IMG/VR virus record: IMGVR_UViG_3300010362_000026
Span: 1 to 48,594 of that record
Direction: 5' to 3' (one strand)
DNA: 48,594 nt
From: a virus
Lineage: Duplodnaviria > Caudoviricetes
In this document: piece by piece, positions 43,253 to 48,594 of the stretch
Numbering within the stretch: the stretch's first letter is position 1
How the letters are laid out: every line of letters starts with the position of its first letter
The notes under the pieces: model-generated
Seen by the model: the letters and a program-made list of their open reading frames with translations, nothing else
Database searches by the model: none
Told to the model about the DNA's origin: nothing
Position numbers and translations under genes: made by a program

Positions 43253-43486
43253 TCAGTGCTTCCTCGCTGGATTGCGATGCGGACCATTGTGGGCGACGTT
43301 GGGATCGTCGGGATCGCTCCTCGCGCGAAGACCCTCTATTCTGGCCGGAATGACCTTGATCTGATTGCAGAGATCGCAGCAGCGCTCTTCGTAAGGTCTG
43401 AGCGGTTCCGGATTGTTGCCGTAACCAAGCGTCAGCTCGCCGCATAGCGAGCACACGAAAGGCAGGTTCGGGTCTTTCAGTGTCAT
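43253..43486 (-). CDS. Small Zn-finger phage protein
   Basis: CSLCG....GYGNNPEP....RCCDLCN...VIPAR. Confidence 0.75.
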   Translation of the reverse strand: MTLKDPNLPFVCSLCGELTLGYGNNPEPLRPYEERCCDLCNQIKVIPARIEGLRARSDPDDPNVAHNGPHRNPARKH

Positions 43487-43487
43487 G

Positions 43488-44597
43488 CTAGTCTCCTTCT
43501 TCGTTGTTGTTTCCCGGTTGCCATAAAACGTTCGACTTTACCATTGAGCCATGTTCGTCGTCCAGTCCGGCATCATGCTTGGAGGCGATCACGTCATAGT
43601 GCTTCTGCACCTTGCCCTTGCTCTCGTCGCCGCGCTCGAACTCCGCCTTGCGGGTGCGCCTGCCACCGCAGAGAGAGCAGACATAGCGCGGCAGGAGGAA
43701 GCCATGGACTTCCATGTCACGCTTCTCGGCTTCCTCAGAATGATAGGGCACCCACCTGTGCTGGCACTGGCTTGAGCAATCGTAATGCACCCAATGCGCA
43801 GCAACATCATGCAACCGTGCCGTCGCGCGGGACTGTGAACTGAATGTATGGCTGTAATACTGCTGATCGGCATCAAGATCGATCTTGACGATGTTATGCT
43901 GAGCCACCGGATAGACTTTCCCAGCAACCAGTTTCCGTGAAGCCGCCACGCCTTCTATTCTTGTTCTCTTACGCTCGTTGAGAAGCAGCAGCGCCGCCAG
44001 TCCCCAGCGCAGGCATCCGGCGAACTCAGATGCGATCCTGCTGAAGGCAGTGCTCTGTTCCTCGGTCGGCAGTCCCGGCGTGATGATCCCCAAGTTCCAC
44101 TGGTCTGTCATCGGACGGACCAGATTGACGAACTCCCCGCTGGCCTCCGGGCGCAGCCCCGCAGAGATGTAGCGGCTCAATTTCCTGTAGTTCTCGTTGT
44201 CCTGAACGAAATTCATCGTCGTGAAGAACAGCGGCTGCACCGTGTAGTGCCAGAACGCATAGGGCGAGAACGCCGCATCCTTCTCGTTGCCGCAACACAC
44301 GAAGAAACATCCGTTCATGAACAGATAGCCGACGGTTTCGATGCCACTGATGTCGCGGTCGACGGCGATCACGTTCGGGAATTCAATATAGGTGACCGGG
44401 AAGGGCGGCAGCGCCATGTGCGAATTGGCATAGACGATATGGTCCCAGTCGACTGCCAGTTCCCTCAGCTTGGCCGCAGCGCTGCGCGCAAAGACGAAGC
44501 GCTTCAGTCCGTAAAGCTCCGCACGGATCGCCTTGCGCAAATCCCCGTGCATAAGCACGCTGTTTGAAGCGTGCTTCATTGCCGTGTCGATGATCAT
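43488..44597 (-). CDS. Hypothetical protein with C-terminal Cys/His cluster
   Basis: LPPFP.T.IE; RLH.V.AHW...C.H.W...C..CG...RGD.SKG.V.K.Y.V; start moved to MIIDTAMK. Confidence 0.75.
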   Translation of the reverse strand: MIIDTAMKHASNSVLMHGDLRKAIRAELYGLKRFVFARSAAAKLRELAVDWDHIVYANSHMALPPFPVTYIEFPNVIAVDRDISGIETVGYLFMNGCFFVCCGNEKDAAFSPYAFWHYTVQPLFFTTMNFVQDNENYRKLSRYISAGLRPEASGEFVNLVRPMTDQWNLGIITPGLPTEEQSTAFSRIASEFAGCLRWGLAALLLLNERKRTRIEGVAASRKLVAGKVYPVAQHNIVKIDLDADQQYYSHTFSSQSRATARLHDVAAHWVHYDCSSQCQHRWVPYHSEEAEKRDMEVHGFLLPRYVCSLCGGRRTRKAEFERGDESKGKVQKHYDVIASKHDAGLDDEHGSMVKSNVLWQPGNNNEEGD

Positions 44598-44608
44598 GAT
44601 AACCCTCG

Positions 44609-44640
44609 AAAAAATGGGGCCGGTTGATCCGGCCCCGTTT
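44609..44640 (-). terminator. Terminator-like hairpin
   Basis: GGGGCCGG-AUCAA-CCGGCCCC-AUUUUUU. Confidence 0.6.
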
Positions 44641-44644
44641 CTGA

Positions 44645-45808
44645 TTACTTGCCCTGCGCCTTGGTGAGATTGTCCCAACCCTGCACTTCCTTGGCATCGC
44701 GGCGCATGTCCAGCTTGCGGACGTTGCCGTTATGGTACTGATTGATCAACGCCATCACCTGCGGGCCGATCTCGCCGCGAGCCACCTGAGTACTCGACAG
44801 TTCGGTCCCTGCTTTCGGGCCGATCACATGACCCTTGGTGCCGAGCAGGACGAAGGTATGGCAGACCTTCGTATACGCCGCATCGTACATGGTCTTGGTG
44901 CCGTAGAAGACGAAGCTGGCTTCGTAGCTGAGCCCCCAGCGTTCCAGAAGCTGCAGCCCCATCGGCAGATACTCGTCCGGCACGATCACGTAGGCGATGC
45001 ATTCCTTGCCCATGGTCGGCTTCGCCACCGATCCGACTGCATTGGCGATTTCGAAGTCGGGCTGGACAAGGATCACGTTGTAGTCGATGCCGCGCGCCTT
45101 GACGGTTTCCGCCACCTTCTTGGCCTGCACCTTCTTCTTCTTCTGCTCCTCCTTGTAGCTGTCGATCTTGTCGAGCGCCTTCGCCGCCTGCGTGGTGTTC
45201 TGAGCGATGGTGCCGACCGCCGCCATCTCCTCGCCGGTATATTCCGGCTTGTTCGACAACTGCTTGGCCTTGGCCATCTTGCCGCGCGCCTTCTCCAGAA
45301 GATCGATGCCCGCTGCCTGCTTTGCCGCAGTACGGACGGCAGTAGGCGTCACGTCGAACTCCTTGGCGATGTTGTCGGCAGTCGAGCCCTTGCCCTTGGC
45401 CGGTGCCTTGCCACCGCCCGTCATCGCGGTGACCTTCTGCTCGTTGTAGAGCTTGCCGATGAAGTAGGTGAAGCGGGCCGGGGTCAGGTTCCTCCGCGCC
45501 AGCTGGTTGCGGATGATCCACTGCTTCACCTCCTCCTCGTCCTTGAACGACTTGTAGACGATGGGCACGTTGATCTTCAGTTCCTTGCCGATCTGGTAAC
45601 GGGTATGACCGTCGGCGATCTGGTTCTTCTCCTTCCACACCACGATAGGATCGCGCACGCCCTCCTTTTCGAGCATGGTCTTAAGTTCCTTCAGGCTCTC
45701 TTCGGTCTGGATATCCAGTAAAGCCTGAAAATCGGGGTTGATGGTCGGCTCCGGAGCGGTCTGCTCCAGCTTCTCACCGCCTTCAATTGCTTCCTTGATG
45801 CTAGCCAT
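44645..45808 (-). CDS. ParB-like N-terminal domain fused to a degenerate MT-A70-like methyltransferase domain
   Basis: EGVRDPI.VW....ADGHTRY...NQL.RRNL; C-terminal YNVILVQPDF, LLERWG..Y...FV, HTFVLLGTKG and QGWD. Confidence 0.7.
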   Translation of the reverse strand: MASIKEAIEGGEKLEQTAPEPTINPDFQALLDIQTEESLKELKTMLEKEGVRDPIVVWKEKNQIADGHTRYQIGKELKINVPIVYKSFKDEEEVKQWIIRNQLARRNLTPARFTYFIGKLYNEQKVTAMTGGGKAPAKGKGSTADNIAKEFDVTPTAVRTAAKQAAGIDLLEKARGKMAKAKQLSNKPEYTGEEMAAVGTIAQNTTQAAKALDKIDSYKEEQKKKKVQAKKVAETVKARGIDYNVILVQPDFEIANAVGSVAKPTMGKECIAYVIVPDEYLPMGLQLLERWGLSYEASFVFYGTKTMYDAAYTKVCHTFVLLGTKGHVIGPKAGTELSSTQVARGEIGPQVMALINQYHNGNVRKLDMRRDAKEVQGWDNLTKAQGK

Positions 45809-46478
45809 TGTCAGTTTCTCCTGTTGTCGTGTTCAGCTTCTTCGATATCTCAATCGAACCCAGCTGCCGTGCAGCGTTGATTGCCTGTTCTCTGGTCTTT
45901 CGAAGAGCGCAACGCTGCTCGCCGATCTTCGATTGTCCAACCCATCCGGTGACCTTTTCCCGCTTGTCGAGCGAGTATGCCATCACCGAATAGAGCCTGA
46001 TGTTCTTGACATTGAGGCGGTATTCGTCCGCACTCAGTATGATATGTCTGTCGATTAACCCATTGCGGTGAAGCTTATCATAAACCTTGCGCCGCCACAT
46101 AGCCCTGACCCGCATGGTGATTGCGTATCTTTGCTTTCTAGTACTGCGCTCCCGTCCATTGAGCATGAAGAAAGCATTGGGTTGGGCATCGATATAGATG
46201 CTCTCCAAACTCCAGTATGGTTCCGTATCAAGCAGTTTACGGATTAGCCATGGCAGTTCCTTTGCCTCTTCCTCCTTGATCCACGCCGGTTGCCATTGCT
46301 TGTTCCAAACCAGCGCCTTGCGATGCTCTGCAAGCGTGGTCTTCATCTTGAGGATAAGGTTGCCCATATCGGTCGAAGTCTTCTGCAACCGCAATGGCTC
46401 AACCACACGCAGCATCTTCCTGAGAGTGACGATCTCGCGCCAAAGCTCGTCCTGTATCTGGCGATACCCCTTATCCAT
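45801..46478 (-). CDS. Hypothetical protein
   Basis: Start moved to MDKGYRQ, which overlaps the upstream stop. Confidence 0.7.
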   Translation of the reverse strand: MDKGYRQIQDELWREIVTLRKMLRVVEPLRLQKTSTDMGNLILKMKTTLAEHRKALVWNKQWQPAWIKEEEAKELPWLIRKLLDTEPYWSLESIYIDAQPNAFFMLNGRERSTRKQRYAITMRVRAMWRRKVYDKLHRNGLIDRHIILSADEYRLNVKNIRLYSVMAYSLDKREKVTGWVGQSKIGEQRCALRKTREQAINAARQLGSIEISKKLNTTTGETDNG

Positions 46479-47664
46479 GATGACGGTCCATCGGATGCAG
46501 CAGATTGATGTAGGTGCCGAACGGAGCGACATCCTTGCCGGTCGCCGCCCACAGAACCGGCCAGTCCGGAGCTTCATGCGCCTTGGGGAAATCATGGATT
46601 TCCATGTCGGTGAAACAGATTTGCCAGTCGATTGGCTCATCCATCTTCTTCACCAGATCGAACACCGGCCGGATGTTGGTACCGCCGCGCCCCTTGATCG
46701 CCAGCTCGTTGAACTCCATGCCGCTCTCCCACTCATCGATTTTCTGAATGCGGCTATCATGCTGGATGATGGTCAGCCTGTCGGGCTTCAGCTGTTCGAT
46801 GATGCCGACGATGTTGGTGACGTATTTCCGCAGTTCCTTGTCGCTCACCGATCCTGAATTATCGATTGAGAGAACGCCGTTGCCGCAGCCCCTCATGTCG
46901 AATGAAGGCGCATAGGCTCCATAGATGCCCATGATCCGCTTGTTGGGCCGCCGCCACGAATAGTCGTCCGGCACCGAACCCTTCACCCAGTGCTGGATGT
47001 ACTCGTGATAGTCGATGACCGGCTCTTGGCAGGCCTTGATGATGAACTGCAGACTGCCGGGAAGCTTGCCAACCGCCTTGGCCGTCTCGGCCGCTGAAAG
47101 CACGGAGATTTTGATATCCTCTTCCAGTTCCTTGGCTTCGCTGTCCGACATCGGCGAGCCGTTGTCGTTGCGCGGGTCCAGAACCATGCCCCACGGCAAC
47201 CTGCCACCGAACTGCTTCTTCAGTTCCTCGGCCTGCTGGATGAGATCGTCATAGACCCGATCCACCAGCCAGTTCTCGTACTTCGGATTGAACAGACCGT
47301 TTGCTGGCAGCTTGGCCCCGGCCTTGAGCACCGTCTGGTTGATCTGAAAGTCGCAGGCAATGTTCCAGATCAGCGGAATGCGGTTTCCGCGCCGAGCGAA
47401 GTGCAGAAGAATGACGTGCAGCATCTCGTGGATGAGGACGCCGATCACCTCCTCCTGAGTAATGCTTTCGACAAAGTCCTCATTCCACCAGACATGAGCG
47501 CCATCGGTGGCCATGGTATCGATGAATTCCATGCCGTCTTCACGGGCATTCCTGAACTTCAGGCGGGTGGCGACCAGCCCGAAAAACATAAAGCGAATAA
47601 GCAGCTGTGTCTTCGCTTGGGTAATTCGCAGCTCACCCTTCTTCAGTAATTCCAGTCGTGTCAT
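46471..47664 (-). CDS. Metallopeptidase-like plus VWA domain protein (DUF2201-like)
   Basis: TMATDG, HEMLH...H, WNIACD..IN, MIDAS IDNSGS, GRGGT and FTD. Confidence 0.85.
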   Translation of the reverse strand: MTRLELLKKGELRITQAKTQLLIRFMFFGLVATRLKFRNAREDGMEFIDTMATDGAHVWWNEDFVESITQEEVIGVLIHEMLHVILLHFARRGNRIPLIWNIACDFQINQTVLKAGAKLPANGLFNPKYENWLVDRVYDDLIQQAEELKKQFGGRLPWGMVLDPRNDNGSPMSDSEAKELEEDIKISVLSAAETAKAVGKLPGSLQFIIKACQEPVIDYHEYIQHWVKGSVPDDYSWRRPNKRIMGIYGAYAPSFDMRGCGNGVLSIDNSGSVSDKELRKYVTNIVGIIEQLKPDRLTIIQHDSRIQKIDEWESGMEFNELAIKGRGGTNIRPVFDLVKKMDEPIDWQICFTDMEIHDFPKAHEAPDWPVLWAATGKDVAPFGTYINLLHPMDRHHG

Positions 47665-47759
47665 GTGATTGTTCTCCTGTAGGGAAACGATTTTTATCGT
47701 CCGAGTTTATCCCAACCGGTTGGGCCGGTCAATGGGGGATCAACCGGCCCTTGAGGATG

Positions 47760-47978
47760 CTATTGTTCTATCGGATAGAGCGGCAGTTCCCAGTCTTTCG
47801 TCCAGCGCGGCTCGCATTCGAAGTGATGGACCATGCCGTCACCACAGACATGCAGCCTGAGATACCGAGCGCCGTCCAGAGACAGGTATTTCTCCCTCGG
47901 CACCCGCGTTTTAGCTGCCTCTTCGGCCTTCACGCGCTGCCATTTGGCATTGATAAGCCGCAGTGCCTCGGTGATCAT
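47760..47978 (-). CDS. Hypothetical protein
   Basis: TGATG overlap with the upstream gene. Confidence 0.55.
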   Translation of the reverse strand: MITEALRLINAKWQRVKAEEAAKTRVPREKYLSLDGARYLRLHVCGDGMVHHFECEPRWTKDWELPLYPIEQ

Positions 47979-48304
47979 CAGTCAACCCTCGCTATCTCGA
48001 TGGAACCGTCCTTTTGGATGATTGCCAGCCAGCTGCCTTCGTAGAACTTCAGCGTTTCCGTGCGCAGATGAGCGAAGGCAAGCAGCTTCATCGGTGGATC
48101 ACCGGGATACTTTAATTGATTTTTCTTACGCATGAAGCCGGGGAAGGGATGCCAGCCACCGATATAATGTCTGTTGATCTGTTCAGCCGCTGGCGCAGGA
48201 TCATTGGCATCAAAGAATAGCGGCAAATAGCCGGTGATCTGCGTCTCCGGATCGCAGTGCGGCATGTTGATGGGCAATCCGTTCGGATAATAGAACATGA
48301 TCAT
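47978..48304 (-). CDS. Conserved hypothetical phage protein
   Basis: RBS GAGGAGTGAGCCAC; G.LP.F....DP.PA.EQ....Y.GGW....YPGDP...AI.Q.DG..E.AR.D. Confidence 0.75.
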   Translation of the reverse strand: MIMFYYPNGLPINMPHCDPETQITGYLPLFFDANDPAPAAEQINRHYIGGWHPFPGFMRKKNQLKYPGDPPMKLLAFAHLRTETLKFYEGSWLAIIQKDGSIEIARVD

Positions 48305-48519
48305 CGTGGCTCACTCCTCTTGTTTTCAAGCGTTCTCAGCAGCCAGATACGCCCCCATTTGGAGGCATACGCAGCCAAACGCTGATGGTCGATGGCGAGA
48401 TCGAGATCGCCGCGTTCGCGGCAATCCATGGCGGTCTTGTAGTGATAGGCGGCCTGCCGCTGGAACCCCGCGACGTTCTGCGCGGGGTTCTTGAAGTTCA
48501 TCTTGCGGGTCATGTTCAT
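48301..48519 (-). CDS. Hypothetical protein
   Basis: ATGA overlap with the downstream gene. Confidence 0.55.
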   Translation of the reverse strand: MNMTRKMNFKNPAQNVAGFQRQAAYHYKTAMDCRERGDLDLAIDHQRLAAYASKWGRIWLLRTLENKRSEPR

Positions 48520-48521
48520 GA

Positions 48522-48594
48522 TCAGGCCGCCTTGCTGTTCTTCGCCATCATCTTGGCGAGAACCCGCTTGGCATCCTTGGCGATGTCGAGCCGC
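48522..48594 (-). CDS. 3' end of a gene entering from beyond the window
   Basis: ...RLDIAKDAKRVLAKMMAKNSKAA-stop. Confidence 0.5.
   Translation of the reverse strand, partial: RLDIAKDAKRVLAKMMAKNSKAA

Larger units (their letters stand above)
1..48594. mobile_element. Tailed dsDNA bacteriophage (podovirus-like) genome segment
   Basis: Contiguous terS/terL/portal/scaffold/capsid/tail/internal-protein genes and a primase-helicase. No host housekeeping genes, tail tube or tape measure recognised. Confidence 0.95.

Noticed and set aside
44617-47750. 14-bp GGGCCGGTTGATCC present in inverted orientation at ~44617 and ~47737
   Set aside because: Both copies are arms of local hairpins; only two copies and no recombinase, so not called an invertible segment.

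Overview
The window is about 48.6 kb of a high-GC tailed dsDNA phage with podovirus-type architecture; the host is probably an alphaproteobacterium (inferred, not shown). It is truncated at both ends. Positions 1-36.7 kb, almost all on the minus strand, hold the packaging and virion arm. In order from the right: terS, about 17 small accessory genes (orphan BrnA antitoxin, Gp49-family protein, LexA-type wHTH, a secreted Cys-rich micropeptide, an oppositely oriented GH25 endolysin), terL, portal, GroES, scaffold, gpT-like major capsid, an RcGTA-like head-spike pair, adaptors, a tandem array of paralogous low-GC fibre/receptor-binding genes, a gp10-like tail protein and large internal (ejection) proteins. 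Positions 36.8-42.4 kb (plus strand) form a putative early operon: a sigma70-like promoter, a ~340-nt highly structured leader, and five small genes separated by four copies of a covarying double-hairpin element that sequesters the next gene's RBS. A Twinkle/T7-gp4-like primase-helicase follows. Positions 42.5-48.6 kb (minus strand) carry hypothetical genes, a ParB fused to a degenerate MT-A70 methyltransferase, and a metallopeptidase-VWA protein. The best candidate for an undescribed system is RNA-based control: the repeated RBS-sequestering early elements ending in GAGGAGCCAC, a late small RNA whose loop is the exact reverse complement (GUGGCUCCUC), and promoter-leader-terminator units ahead of terL and groES. 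No integrase, DNA polymerase, reverse transcriptase, tRNA or CRISPR array was recognised. All family calls come from motif recognition by eye, not from database searches.
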